DNA of 64,000 bases from an uncultured Gammaproteobacteria bacterium (GCA_964349125.1 CAYGFH010000001.1:389408-453407), one strand, 5' to 3'; positions 45,707 through 55,281 are shown, counted from the first letter of the stretch. Notes: generated by a model from the letters alone, not told the origin. A program made the numbers and translations.

Positions 45707-45817
45707 AATGAGGTTTAGGGGGTGGTAGGTTGGAAGTGGGATAATATTCGTCCTTATGTACTAAGGAAAAATACCATCACACTTCACCTCTATCCCCATT
45801 CTCCTTTCGGTATAAAG

Positions 45818-45840
45818 CGTCCGGTCACTTTGGACCGGAC
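45818..45840 (-). promoter_or_regulatory. Stable stem-loop in the rpsO-pnp intergenic region (terminator/RNase III-type processing hairpin)
   Basis: GTCCGGTC-ACTTT-GACCGGAC forms a perfect 8-bp GC-rich stem directly after the rpsO stop. It sits at the analogous position to the E. coli rpsO terminator/pnp leader hairpin. Only a weak U-tract follows. Confidence 0.45.
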
Positions 45841-45851
45841 ATCAAACGTTA

Positions 45852-46295
45852 TTATTTTGCGAGTCCCAATTTCTGTGCAATACCTTTGTAACGGGCTGGA
45901 TCTTTTTTCTCCAGATAGTTTAAGAGTCTGCGCCTCTTACTGACAATACCCAACAGTCCGCGTCGTGAATGATTATCGGATGGGTTTCCCTTAAGATGTC
46001 CCACTAATTTTTCGATGCGTTTTGTAAGAAGTGCAACCTGTACTTCAGGACTGCCTGTATCACCTTCTTTTACCTGATACTGGGAAATAACTTCCAATTT
46101 TTCTTCACTCGGAACCGGAACCACAACTTCAGCCTTTTTTGTTCCGGCTGATTTGGTTGTTTTTGTTTTCTTTTCTTCTTTCGCCACGGTTTTTTTCACT
46201 GGAGACGCGGTTGCTTTTGCTTCTTTTTCTTTTGCTGGTGCCGCTTTTTTTACTGACTTTTTTTCTGTTTTTTTGGTTGTAGTTGCTTTTGCCAT
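45852..46295 (-). CDS. rpsO: 30S ribosomal protein S15 with an about 60-aa Lys/Ala/Thr-rich N-terminal extension
   Basis: The C-terminal 85 aa ([51 protein letters not shown]) is canonical S15. The N-terminal part is [54 protein letters not shown]. Confidence 0.85.
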   Translation of the reverse strand: MAKATTTKKTEKKSVKKAAPAKEKEAKATASPVKKTVAKEEKKTKTTKSAGTKKAEVVVPVPSEEKLEVISQYQVKEGDTGSPEVQVALLTKRIEKLVGHLKGNPSDNHSRRGLLGIVSKRRRLLNYLEKKDPARYKGIAQKLGLAK

Positions 46296-46383
46296 AAGAA
46301 TAAATGAAAAGGAGCTATATTGTGCTCCAATGCATCGTATTTTACATCAATAGGAGGTAAATTACAAGATAACGAAATAGACT

Positions 46384-47331
46384 TTAGGAAATATTGGAGC
46401 TTTTAAATATTTTTGGCTTCAGCCACTCTGGCGGTGCCTTTTGTGGTTTTGGCGGCACTTGTGCAGGTTTGACAGGCTGTGGTGGCTCAACAGGAGCCAC
46501 TGGCACCTGTGCGGTAACAGGAACAGTCTGCTCTACCTTTTTCGGTTCTGATGCTACAGATTCACCACCATGGGTAATTTCTTCCTGAACTGTCCGGGTG
46601 GCAAATCGCTTTCCACCTGCGGCCACTGCCTTTGCAGCTAGTTCAAATGCACTGGCTTTGATTGTCTGCATTTGGAAATTTTGCGTAGCTGCGTACACAG
46701 CGTTTAGCAGGTTCGTCGCTATATCTTCGCTCAGACCAACACCAAGACCTGCAAGGAGCGTATGGACAATCTCAGCGGTGGAGCTCGCACTGTCATCAAC
46801 CATATTTGTATGACCATAGTGTGCGTTGTTTGCATGTCTGTCGATATTTACGATGGGTTTTGAAGCGTATAAATCTTTATCATCTTCATACAGCTTCTTA
46901 AGTCCGCCCAAATGTATAGTGTCCACAGCGAATATGAGCTGCGCTGATTGGCCTGAGTGGGAATAGTGCACTTTTTCTTCGCTGAAAGTATCAAAACCGA
47001 CACGTGGTTCAATGACGAGATTAAATTTGTCGCCTTCGATGTTGTAACTTACCTTTTCTATGGATCCCTCAACATAATCAAGTGAAATAACAAAATTCTT
47101 TTTGCCAAGCACGTTGACGATCTTCTGTGCGCCGACGTAGTTACTAAGTTCCACGATCATTGGATCTGGGCATGCAACTGTTACTTTTTTACCAAGGGAA
47201 GTAAGTCCAAGTGATAACGCCAGTGCGCTCCCAATACTGTCATGTGTCGGATGTTCATGCGTAACTATAAGCACGTCCTGAGCTGTCTCAAGTAGCCCTT
47301 TTATTTTTGTTATATCGTTTGTAAAATCCAT
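46384..47331 (-). CDS. DHH-family phosphoesterase (NrnA-like nanoRNase/pAp phosphatase) with Pro-rich C-terminal tail
   Basis: DHH-family fold motifs including HEHPTHDS and IDRHANN (a DHH variant with R in place of the first H), plus a DHHA1-like GGGH region. The C-terminal about 60 aa is P/V/Q-rich. Confidence 0.55.
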   Translation of the reverse strand: MDFTNDITKIKGLLETAQDVLIVTHEHPTHDSIGSALALSLGLTSLGKKVTVACPDPMIVELSNYVGAQKIVNVLGKKNFVISLDYVEGSIEKVSYNIEGDKFNLVIEPRVGFDTFSEEKVHYSHSGQSAQLIFAVDTIHLGGLKKLYEDDKDLYASKPIVNIDRHANNAHYGHTNMVDDSASSTAEIVHTLLAGLGVGLSEDIATNLLNAVYAATQNFQMQTIKASAFELAAKAVAAGGKRFATRTVQEEITHGGESVASEPKKVEQTVPVTAQVPVAPVEPPQPVKPAQVPPKPQKAPPEWLKPKIFKSSNIS

Positions 47332-47426
47332 ATGTTTGTGTTTATCATCCCGAGTGAAGTACGGCGATCCTGAGTTCAGACCGCTTCTGTGTTCGCGTGT
47401 TACGTTCCTCGCAATGACAAGTATAA

Positions 47427-48905
47427 CTAGCCTGTAGTAACAGCGATTATACCATCATTCAGCTGGAAATCAACTGTGCGGTCAAGTAGGATACCGCACT
47501 CAGCTCCATTTTCTGCTTTTGTGGTCTCGGATTTGCCTTTCCGAATCGATTTTATCTTCGCACGACCCACCTCAGTTTCACCGCGTAGTATTTTTACACT
47601 GTCACCTTTTGCCAGGCGGCCGGATACGATTTTTGTGCCGGCAATTCTTGATTTTTCAAACGGAAATTCGGCTATAATCGTACCCATTCCCAGTTCCCGC
47701 TCCTGAGAAATAACTTCTTTCATACCTGAGACAACTTCTGCAAGCTCATCGAGTAATTCATAGATGATCGTATAGGTGCGAAACACTACTTTTTCAGTCT
47801 GAGCGAGCATAGATACCGCACCGGATGCTTTCACGTTAAATCCTACGATAAACGCTTTCGACCCTCTGGCCTGTAAGACATCTGCTTCACCAATATCGCC
47901 GACTCCACCTTCAACAACCCGTACGCGGTCGCCGAGAGATGCCAATATAGCTTCGAGAGATCCGGCTGTATCGGTTTTTAATATAATATTCAGTTTTTCT
48001 TTTTCCTGTTGAGACACCGGTTTTAACCAGTCGGGAAGTGATGTTGCAGAATATCCCGGCTTCACTTCAACGGGTGCAGGAGCAGCCTGAACGATTGCAG
48101 TACCCGTAAGTGTAGATCCCACAGGAGGCAAGCTGGTGAATCCTGACACTTCCACAGGCTTAGAAGGTCCTGCTGACTTGACCAGTTTTCCATACTCATC
48201 AAACATTGCGCGAACTTTTGCAACTTGTACATCTTTATCAAACAACGGTGTACCAAATATCATGGTTCCGGTTTTGACTACAACTGAGGCTACCATGCCT
48301 TTTCCTTTATCCAATCTGGTTTCAATCACGATGGCCTCAAGTGGCGCTTCCGGCTGTTCAGGGAGTTCCTTCATCTGGGAGACCAAAACGATGAGGTCAA
48401 GAAGTGCAGGGATTCCTGTGCCTGCTTTTGCAGAAACCTGTACCATGGGAATGTCTCCTCCGAAGCCTTCAACCTGCACGCCATGTTTGGCTAAATCCTG
48501 TTTCACCTTGTCTACATTTGCACCCACGGTGTCGATTTTATTGACAACGACGATCATGGATACTCCTGCGGATTTGATTTGCTCAATGGATTCGATTGTT
48601 TGCGGCTTCACACTGTCGTCTGCGGCGACGACCAACAGTGCTATATCAGCTACAGACGCACCGCGGGAGCGCATTTTCGCGAATGCTTCATGTCCCGGGG
48701 TATCGATAAACGTTATATATGAAGTGCCAAACTGGATCTGGTAGGCGCCAATACTCTGAGTGATACCGCCGTGTTCACGACCGGCTACATTGGATTTTCT
48801 GATAGCATCAAGAAGAGACGTTTTCCCGTGATCAACGTGACCCAACACCGCAACGATTGGCGGTCTGTACACATTCTGTGGTTGATCCTTCTTTTTTTGC
48901 TTCAT
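47427..48905 (-). CDS. infB: Translation initiation factor IF-2 (short form, G-domain to C2 only)
   Basis: VAVLGHVDHGKTSLLDAIR and DTPGHEAF G-motifs, then domain II and C-terminal domains. Length is 492 aa with no N-terminal extension. Confidence 0.9.
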   Translation of the reverse strand: MKQKKKDQPQNVYRPPIVAVLGHVDHGKTSLLDAIRKSNVAGREHGGITQSIGAYQIQFGTSYITFIDTPGHEAFAKMRSRGASVADIALLVVAADDSVKPQTIESIEQIKSAGVSMIVVVNKIDTVGANVDKVKQDLAKHGVQVEGFGGDIPMVQVSAKAGTGIPALLDLIVLVSQMKELPEQPEAPLEAIVIETRLDKGKGMVASVVVKTGTMIFGTPLFDKDVQVAKVRAMFDEYGKLVKSAGPSKPVEVSGFTSLPPVGSTLTGTAIVQAAPAPVEVKPGYSATSLPDWLKPVSQQEKEKLNIILKTDTAGSLEAILASLGDRVRVVEGGVGDIGEADVLQARGSKAFIVGFNVKASGAVSMLAQTEKVVFRTYTIIYELLDELAEVVSGMKEVISQERELGMGTIIAEFPFEKSRIAGTKIVSGRLAKGDSVKILRGETEVGRAKIKSIRKGKSETTKAENGAECGILLDRTVDFQLNDGIIAVTTG

Positions 48906-48945
48906 GTCTTCCCTTGGTCGATCGCAAACAATTCATACGCATGAG

Positions 48946-50064
48946 TTAGTTTGTTTGATCTTTTTGTGACTGCGCATCATCAGTCTGGGCTGCAGCGACC
49001 GCTGCATCCTGTGAGCTCACTTCAGATGCCGAGACGGCTTCTTGCGCTTCATTGGTACCCTCTTCTTTTGTGTCTGCCTCATCTGTCGGTTGGTCCGGAG
49101 TCTCAACAGCCGGAACACCTTTGCCTTTGATATCAATCTTCCAACCAGTTAATTTTGCGGCAAGTCGGACATTTTGTCCATCCCGTCCAATGGCCAAAGA
49201 TAACTGATCTTCAGGGATGAGCACTTCGGCAGATTTCTTCTTTTCATCAAGAACGACATCTATGTCTTTTGCCGGAGCGAGAGCGGCTGTGATGAACTGC
49301 TTTGCGTCATCACTGTACTGGATGATATCCACTTTTTCATTCCCACCAAGCTCACTGATAACACCCTGCACTCGTACGCCCTTTTGACCCACACAGGATC
49401 CGACTGGATCAACACCTGTTTGGGATGAGAATACTGCGACTTTTGTTCGTCCGCCAGCCTCTCGAGCGACAACTCGCAATTCGACTGATCCTTGTGATAC
49501 TTCAGGCACTTCGCGTCTAAAGAGTCCTTCAACCAAGCCTTTATGTGCGCGGGATACGATGATTTCATTTCCTCTCGAAGTTTCCCGTATTCCTTCCACA
49601 TAGAACGTTAGCCGTTGGTTCAGGTGGTACCTCTCCCCTGGGCTTTGTTCCTGTGGAGGCATGACCGCCTGTGCCCGACCGACATCAACTACGATGCTTG
49701 GGCCGTCAAAGCGCAGCACCATACCGGACACAATCGTTCCTACTTTTGTCGCATAATCTGTGAGAACCGCGGATTTTTCCGCTTCCCGGATTTTTTGGAG
49801 AATTACCTGTTTTGCCGTTTGCGCGGCGATACGGCCGAAGCCCGGAGGCGTCACATTTACACCGTCTTTAAATATCTTTGCCTCTCCTGTGTCTGGGTGC
49901 AACTCAACGGTAAATTGCTCAAGCTCGTCATTGCCAAAATCCTTACGATATGCCGCCAAAATAGCAGCTTTTATGGTCTCCATGACCACGTTGGGATCGA
50001 TCCCCCGCTCGGAGGCAACCTGATTTAACGCTAAAGAAAATTCACTTCTGACTGTTGCTGGCAT
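48946..50064 (-). CDS. nusA: Transcription termination/antitermination factor NusA (NTD-S1-KH1-KH2, acidic tail)
   Basis: S1 and tandem KH motifs (GxxG) plus an acidic C-terminus. A GAGGAG RBS lies at 50070-50075. It is upstream of infB, as in the conserved nusA-infB operon. Confidence 0.9.
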   Translation of the reverse strand: MPATVRSEFSLALNQVASERGIDPNVVMETIKAAILAAYRKDFGNDELEQFTVELHPDTGEAKIFKDGVNVTPPGFGRIAAQTAKQVILQKIREAEKSAVLTDYATKVGTIVSGMVLRFDGPSIVVDVGRAQAVMPPQEQSPGERYHLNQRLTFYVEGIRETSRGNEIIVSRAHKGLVEGLFRREVPEVSQGSVELRVVAREAGGRTKVAVFSSQTGVDPVGSCVGQKGVRVQGVISELGGNEKVDIIQYSDDAKQFITAALAPAKDIDVVLDEKKKSAEVLIPEDQLSLAIGRDGQNVRLAAKLTGWKIDIKGKGVPAVETPDQPTDEADTKEEGTNEAQEAVSASEVSSQDAAVAAAQTDDAQSQKDQTN

Positions 50065-50076
50065 AGTATTCTCCTC

Positions 50077-50103
50077 TAAAAAAATAGGTGGGATCTCCCC
50101 ACC
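50077..50103 (-). terminator. Leader terminator/attenuator immediately upstream of the nusA RBS
   Basis: On the minus strand there is a GTGGG-GAGAT-CCCAC hairpin followed by CUAUUUUUUUAG, with the U-run abutting the nusA SD. Confidence 0.55.
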
Positions 50104-50125
50104 TCTTTACTCTCTCTTTTCTAGA

Positions 50126-50165
50126 TATATTATAGCACTAAAAGCCTCAACGTCAACCATACCAC
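50126..50165 (-). promoter_or_regulatory. Sigma70-type promoter P2 (TTGACG-N16-TGcTATAAT) for the nusA leader
   Basis: Read on the minus strand: GGTTGACGTTGAGGCTTTTAGTGCTATAATATATC. It has a near-consensus -35, a 16-17-nt spacer and an extended -10. A second copy of TTAGTGCTATAATA lies at 50221-50234 without a clear -35. Confidence 0.4.
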
Positions 50166-50166
50166 G

Positions 50167-50189
50167 TAAAAAGCCCTCCAAAGAGGGCT
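50167..50189 (-). terminator. Rho-independent terminator downstream of the tRNA-like gene
   Basis: On the minus strand: AGCCCTC-TTTG-GAGGGCT followed by TTTTTAC. Confidence 0.5.
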
Positions 50190-50257
50190 CACTACGCTAG
50201 GTGTTTGTAAACACATGCTTATTATAGCACTAAGCACATGAATCACCAGTTATCTTG

Positions 50258-50362
50258 CAGAAGGTGTTGGATTTGAACCAACGGAACGCTTACAAACATC
50301 TAGACATCTTCAGCATTCAGAGCCTCGAGAACTCTCACGTTAAACCACTCCGTCAACCTTCT
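50258..50362 (-). tRNA. tRNA-like gene with canonical acceptor, D- and T-arms but an about 36-nt extra arm; candidate anticodon UCG (Arg) with C at position 33; CCA not encoded
   Basis: On the minus strand: AGAAGGT (acceptor), TG, ACG-GAGTGGTTTAA-CGT (3-bp D-stem, G18G19), AGAGT-TCTCGAG-GCTCT (anticodon arm), GAATGCT-[21 nt]-AGCGTTC (7-bp extra stem), GTTGG-TTCAAAT-CCAAC (T-arm), ACCTTCT (acceptor 3' strand), G discriminator. The total is about 105 nt. Confidence 0.5.
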
Positions 50363-50364
50363 AT

Positions 50365-50943
50365 CTATTTAGCAGTTTCTACAGTCGGATCGATACTTTG
50401 TATCAAATAGTCAATATATGCTCGAATCTTTTTTGCCTCAGAGACACTCATATCATGAGGCGTTTCTATCTTAGCTAAAACCCCTGGTCTCAATTGAAGT
50501 TGAAACTTAGTCATTGGAACCAAGGTTTTTTCGTCTGGCAATTCTTCTACTGGTTGATTGGAATTTGCAGCATTTTCTGTTAACTTAAGCGATTTTATCG
50601 TCTTATCCTTTTTGATAAAATTATGACGTGATGGATTCCAAGCATTCATTTTTGTTGGATCTTTCCCATAATTTTCGTAATCGTTCAGAACCTTTGCTAT
50701 TCTTTTTTTGTAGATGTCTAGTGAAGAATTTGAATATATTGACTGATTCTTACGCACAACTTGCGCGTATATCTGATTTAAATTTTGTTTAAATAGATCA
50801 ATAGATGCCTTTTCATTGTCATTTAACTCTTTTTCAAAAAGACGAAGTGCAGTACTTATACCTGAAGCGTAACTGGTAGCATATTTGCGATTTTTTTCTG
50901 CAACTGTTACAAAAGTGAATAGCGAATTTATATCTTGTTCCAT
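50365..50943 (-). CDS. Hypothetical protein, AT-rich ORFan
   Basis: The 202-aa ORF (start probably at MEQDINSLF) looks markedly AT-richer by eye than the flanking dnaJ and nusA genes. No motif recognised. Its stop codon abuts the 5' end of the tRNA-like gene. Confidence 0.4.
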   Translation of the reverse strand: MEQDINSLFTFVTVAEKNRKYATSYASGISTALRLFEKELNDNEKASIDLFKQNLNQIYAQVVRKNQSIYSNSSLDIYKKRIAKVLNDYENYGKDPTKMNAWNPSRHNFIKKDKTIKSLKLTENAANSNQPVEELPDEKTLVPMTKFQLQLRPGVLAKIETPHDMSVSEAKKIRAYIDYLIQSIDPTVETAK

Positions 50944-51056
50944 ATTTAATCCTTTCAAGATGAATCGTATCAAAATAATATCATTCTGTCAAGATGTAAA
51001 AAGAATGAATGAGTTATATTTTAATTGGGTTATAGGAGGCTCTATTCCCAGTTTGC

Positions 51057-51932
51057 TTATACCCTATCTAATTCTTCCAGAAGCTCTTTTTGCTTTTTGG
51101 ACAAGTGGGTTGGGACATGAAGTTGTATCTTTATATACGCGTCTCCACGGGCTCCGCCGCGCACATGTGGGACACCTTTACCGCGAAGTCGTACCAAAGT
51201 ACCCGGTTGCGTCCCAGGTTGCACACGGATCTTGAGCGGGCCGTCAATCGTATTTACTTCAATAACAGCTCCCAGTGCCGCCTGTACAAAGGTAACTTCC
51301 TTTTCACTGATCAGGTCGTTTCCTTCACGGGTATATTCCTTATCAGCGCGTACTTCCAAAACCACATCAAAATCATCAAACCGAATTCTCGATCCGGTAT
51401 CCACACCCGGTGGGATTTTTATGGTTTTTTTCATGCTTCCTTCACCGGCCTGACCCTTCGGGATATGTATTTCTTTGGAAACACCCTTCACAGCATCCAT
51501 GAAGTCTATAGACAGCTGATATACATCCCGACGCTGTCTGGCCTGCCCCCTCCCGCCGCCAAATCCACCGCCGAAAAATTGTTCAAAAATTTCAAACGGA
51601 TCGACAAAGTCACTCCCGCCAAACGGAGATCCACCGGATGAGTACGAATAGCTAAACGGCCCCTGTCCGCCCCATGGATTGCCTCCGCCACCCATCCCGC
51701 TACCCGGGGCGAACGCGCTGTGACCAAACTGGTCATATTTCTCTCTTTTTTGGGCATCAGAAAGCACGGAATACGCCTCATTTATTTCCTTAAATTTATC
51801 GTTCGCCCCTGCTGATTTATTTTTATCAGGATGCCACTCCAGAGCAAGCTTCCGATACGCCTTTTTCATTTCCTCGGGCGTTGCGGTTTTTGAGACTCCC
51901 AGTATTTCGTAATAATCACGTTTTGTAGCCAT
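51057..51932 (-). CDS. dnaJ: DnaJ/CbpA-type co-chaperone (J-domain + G/F-rich + C-terminal substrate domains; no CxxCxGxG zinc finger)
   Basis: [35 protein letters not shown] (J-domain, HPD), a G/F-rich linker and CTD I/II. The start is chosen at MATKRDYY. Confidence 0.85.
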   Translation of the reverse strand: MATKRDYYEILGVSKTATPEEMKKAYRKLALEWHPDKNKSAGANDKFKEINEAYSVLSDAQKREKYDQFGHSAFAPGSGMGGGGNPWGGQGPFSYSYSSGGSPFGGSDFVDPFEIFEQFFGGGFGGGRGQARQRRDVYQLSIDFMDAVKGVSKEIHIPKGQAGEGSMKKTIKIPPGVDTGSRIRFDDFDVVLEVRADKEYTREGNDLISEKEVTFVQAALGAVIEVNTIDGPLKIRVQPGTQPGTLVRLRGKGVPHVRGGARGDAYIKIQLHVPTHLSKKQKELLEELDRV

Positions 51933-51995
51933 AGTCATACGCAAGAGGCGCGCATTGAGCGCGCCCATCGCTTATACAATACTATTTTTCAAAAA

Positions 51996-53906
51996 TTAAC
52001 TGACGACTTCCCCTTCTTCTACTTTTTTATCATCCTTCTTATCTTCTTTTTTCTCGCCTGCGGGGGCATCACCTGGTACTCCATCAGCGGCCGGCGCTCC
52101 GTCTGCCGGAGGTGTCTGGGCGCTTGAGTATGCGGTGACTTTTTGTGTCACATCTGAGAGTTCACTGGTTTTCTTCTCCAGATCCTCCTTTGATCCGCTC
52201 TCAAGGATGTCTTTGAGTGCTTTCATCTTTTCTTCCACTTCTTTTTTATCTTCAGGTTTTACCTTCTCTCCCCCGTCTTTGAGCGTTTTTTCTGCAATGT
52301 AGAGCATATTATCCGCTTTGTTACGTGCTTCTATTTTTTCCTTTTTCTCCGCGTCCGCAGCAGCGTTGGCTTCCGCTTCTTTTTTCATTTTCTCCACTTC
52401 TTCCTTAGAAAGCCCTGTGGAACCCGTTATCTTTATGTTTGACGCTTTGCCGCTGGCTTTATCCTTCGCGGTAACGTTAAGGATTCCTGACGCATCGATA
52501 TCGAATGTCACCTCTACCTGTGGGACACCACGAGGCGCGGCTGGTATACCGGAGAGGATAAACCGACCCAATGATTTGTTATCCGCTGCCATCGGCCTTT
52601 CACCCTGAAGAATATTAATTTCTACGGATGTCTGATTATCTGCAGCCGTTGAAAATATTTCCGATTTACTGGTCGGCACTGTAGTATTTCTGGGGATAAG
52701 CGGCGTTGACACGGCTCCAAGAGTCTCTACGCCGAGTGTAAGTGGTGTGACATCCAGAAGAACAACGTCTTTGACATCTCCGGAAAGCACTCCGGCCTGT
52801 ACTGCCGCACCTACTGCCACCACTTCATCCGGATTCACAGATGCATTCGGTTCTTTGCCAAAAAACGCTTTCACAGACTCGACTACTTTTGGCATACGGG
52901 TCATACCGCCTACCAACACAACCTCATCGATATCTGATACTTTTAATTTTGCGTCGGCCAGACACTTTTTCACCGGCTCTATTGATTTTGCGATCAGTCC
53001 TTCAACCAGGGATTCCATCTTTGCTCGTGTCAGTTTCATGACCAAATGTGAAGGACCGTCTTTGCCCTGAGTAATAAACGGCAGGTTAATCTCCGCTTCC
53101 ATGGAGCTTGAAAGCTCTATTTTTGCTTTTTCTGCGGCGTCACGCAGCCGTTGCAAGGCTTGTGGGTCTTTTCGCAGATCGACTCCCTGCTCCTTTTTGA
53201 ATTCATCTGCCAGGTAATCAAATATAGCTTTATCAAAATCATCGCCACCCAGGTGGGTGTCCCCGTTGGTGGATTTCACTTCATATACACCTTCACCGAG
53301 TTCAAGGATAGAAATATCAAATGTACCACCACCCAAATCGTACACTGCGATAGTATGTGCATTCTTTTTGTCCAATCCGTACGCCAGTGCGGCTGCCGTC
53401 GGTTCGTTTAATATGCGCATGACCTCAAGCCCGGCGATTTCACCTGCCTGTTTTGTGGCCTGCCGTTGTGAATCATCAAAATATGCGGGGACTGTCACAA
53501 CCGCTTGTGTTACCGGCTCACCGAGATATTTTTCCGCATCGGCTTTGATTTTTGAGAGCACTTTCGCGGAAATCTCCTGAGGCGTGAATTCTTTACCGTC
53601 TACTTCCACATCGGCCATGCCGTTTTTTCCTGATTTGATCACATATGGAAGAAGTTTCACATCAGTTTGCACAGATGGGTCTGTAAATTTACGTCCCATA
53701 AGTCTCTTCACTGAATACACGGTGGATTTCGGATTGATGACGATCTGTCGTTTTGCCACGTCACCCACTATATTTTTGATGGGATCAACGACCGATGGAA
53801 TGGTATTTCTGCCTTCCGATGAATGGATCACCTTTGGAGCTCCACCCTCCATGACAGCGACACATGAGTTTGTTGTTCCTAAATCAATACCAATTATTTT
53901 TGACAT
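51996..53906 (-). CDS. dnaK: Molecular chaperone DnaK (Hsp70)
   Basis: [22 protein letters not shown], and a C-terminal lid with an acidic EEVD-like tail; 636 aa. Confidence 0.97.
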   Translation of the reverse strand: MSKIIGIDLGTTNSCVAVMEGGAPKVIHSSEGRNTIPSVVDPIKNIVGDVAKRQIVINPKSTVYSVKRLMGRKFTDPSVQTDVKLLPYVIKSGKNGMADVEVDGKEFTPQEISAKVLSKIKADAEKYLGEPVTQAVVTVPAYFDDSQRQATKQAGEIAGLEVMRILNEPTAAALAYGLDKKNAHTIAVYDLGGGTFDISILELGEGVYEVKSTNGDTHLGGDDFDKAIFDYLADEFKKEQGVDLRKDPQALQRLRDAAEKAKIELSSSMEAEINLPFITQGKDGPSHLVMKLTRAKMESLVEGLIAKSIEPVKKCLADAKLKVSDIDEVVLVGGMTRMPKVVESVKAFFGKEPNASVNPDEVVAVGAAVQAGVLSGDVKDVVLLDVTPLTLGVETLGAVSTPLIPRNTTVPTSKSEIFSTAADNQTSVEINILQGERPMAADNKSLGRFILSGIPAAPRGVPQVEVTFDIDASGILNVTAKDKASGKASNIKITGSTGLSKEEVEKMKKEAEANAAADAEKKEKIEARNKADNMLYIAEKTLKDGGEKVKPEDKKEVEEKMKALKDILESGSKEDLEKKTSELSDVTQKVTAYSSAQTPPADGAPAADGVPGDAPAGEKKEDKKDDKKVEEGEVVS

Positions 53907-53965
53907 ATATTCTCCTTTTTAAAAATTTAATACTTTTTTTGCCGAATGTAATTTCAGGATGCGTA

Positions 53966-54505
53966 TTATGCGACCTTTTTCCCGACCTTGACCTGTGAGA
54001 CTCTCAATATTTTTTCATAAAACCGATACCCAGGTACTGTTTCTTCCATCACAATATTCTCATCGCCCTCGACCACCTCTACACACTCCATCTCATGCGG
54101 ATTAAATTCTTTGCCTAACACATCCATGCGCACAACTCCACTTTCCTCAAGTACAGCCTGCATCTCTTTATATGCTAGGTCAAACCCGACATCCTGTATG
54201 TGTGCTTTCACTTTTGTGAACGTATCCACGACTGGCAATAATCTGCCGAGAATAATTTCGCTCGCGTACAGCCTGACCTCATTTTTCTCTTCACGACTGC
54301 GCCGTTCAATATTCTGGTAATCAGCAAGCGCACGCATACATTTAGCTTTCCACTCATTCGCCTCGTTTGTGGCTGTTTCCAATTGCAGCTTCAGCTGTGA
54401 CAGTTCGTCTGCGCAGTCACACTGGCTCTCACAGTTGCACTGAGCGCCTTGCTGTCCGTCAACTTTTTTTTCATCTTCAGTATGTGTTGTATCTTGTTTT
54501 TTCAT
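53966..54505 (-). CDS. grpE: Nucleotide exchange factor GrpE (with a Cys-rich N-terminal tail)
   Basis: GrpE long-helix and C-terminal beta domain (RALADYQNIERRSREE...VVGRLLPVVDTF...). The N-terminus carries CNCESQCDCADE. Confidence 0.85.
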   Translation of the reverse strand: MKKQDTTHTEDEKKVDGQQGAQCNCESQCDCADELSQLKLQLETATNEANEWKAKCMRALADYQNIERRSREEKNEVRLYASEIILGRLLPVVDTFTKVKAHIQDVGFDLAYKEMQAVLEESGVVRMDVLGKEFNPHEMECVEVVEGDENIVMEETVPGYRFYEKILRVSQVKVGKKVA

Positions 54506-54520
54506 AGTGATTTTTACTGG

Positions 54521-55255
54521 TTACCAACTGCTTGCAAATTCATCGATCAGTCCGCCAACATATCGCACCATAGGTACAATTTGTGGGTAATTTAGCCGTG
54601 ATGGCCCGACAACACCAATGGCTCCTGAGACATGTGGAGTAGAGAATTTGATATAGACAAACCCGCAGTGCGCGAGCATCCCCCTGGACCCAATTTCGTC
54701 GCCCAAGACCACATCAAACACGTCATCCTGTGATTCCAATACAGTCCACCAAAAATCATATCGATCCAATGTTTCAAACAATCTGTGTGTCAGTTGATAA
54801 TCATAAAACTCCGGCATATCAAGCAAATTTGCCACACCCGAGTAGTATAAATCACCGTCTTTCGTGGCTGTCAGAGCCAGTGTTTTTGTGCGTTCTGCCA
54901 GTGTTTTGGTTGCTTCACGCAGCAATTTATCGACTTCCTGCCTGTAATCCCACATTTTTTCCTTCATGGACACTTCTTCTGTCACAGACATACTTCTGGT
55001 TTTCATAATCTGCTCGACATAGTATTTCATGGCCACCGGAGTTGGGCTTCGACCGGCGGAGGTGTGGGGCTGGTGCAATAATTTCATGTCCGTCAGACGT
55101 ACCATTTCATTCCGAATCGTCGCGGGAGAGACCCCGAGATTGTATTTTTTATCCAAGGTTTCCGAACCGACCGGCTCGGCGGTGGAAATGTACTCTTCAA
55201 TTATGACTTTCAGTATCTGAATCTGACGCGGTGTTAGGTCTTTTATGTGATCCAT
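54521..55255 (-). CDS. hrcA: Heat-inducible transcription repressor HrcA
   Basis: LTPRQIQILKVIIEEYISTAEPVGSETL (winged helix N-terminus typical of HrcA). The start is placed at MDHIKDL, so the CIRCE operator lies upstream rather than inside the ORF. Confidence 0.85.
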   Translation of the reverse strand: MDHIKDLTPRQIQILKVIIEEYISTAEPVGSETLDKKYNLGVSPATIRNEMVRLTDMKLLHQPHTSAGRSPTPVAMKYYVEQIMKTRSMSVTEEVSMKEKMWDYRQEVDKLLREATKTLAERTKTLALTATKDGDLYYSGVANLLDMPEFYDYQLTHRLFETLDRYDFWWTVLESQDDVFDVVLGDEIGSRGMLAHCGFVYIKFSTPHVSGAIGVVGPSRLNYPQIVPMVRYVGGLIDEFASSW

Positions 55256-55281
55256 ACTGTGTGCAAAAAGTAAATACGAAA

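Noticed and set aside
45707-45722. pnp start codon preceded by CCCCCUAAACCUCAUU (anti-SD-like, no GGAGG)
   Set aside because: No alternative in-frame GTG/TTG start exists upstream. Non-SD initiation is common enough that this alone is not a feature. RNase III-type processing of the upstream hairpin may create the functional 5' end.
52318-53922. Antisense ORFs within dnaK (52318-52608, 52747-53070, 53257-53580, 53584-53922)
   Set aside because: They overlap the highly conserved dnaK reading frame and have no motifs. They are shadow ORFs.
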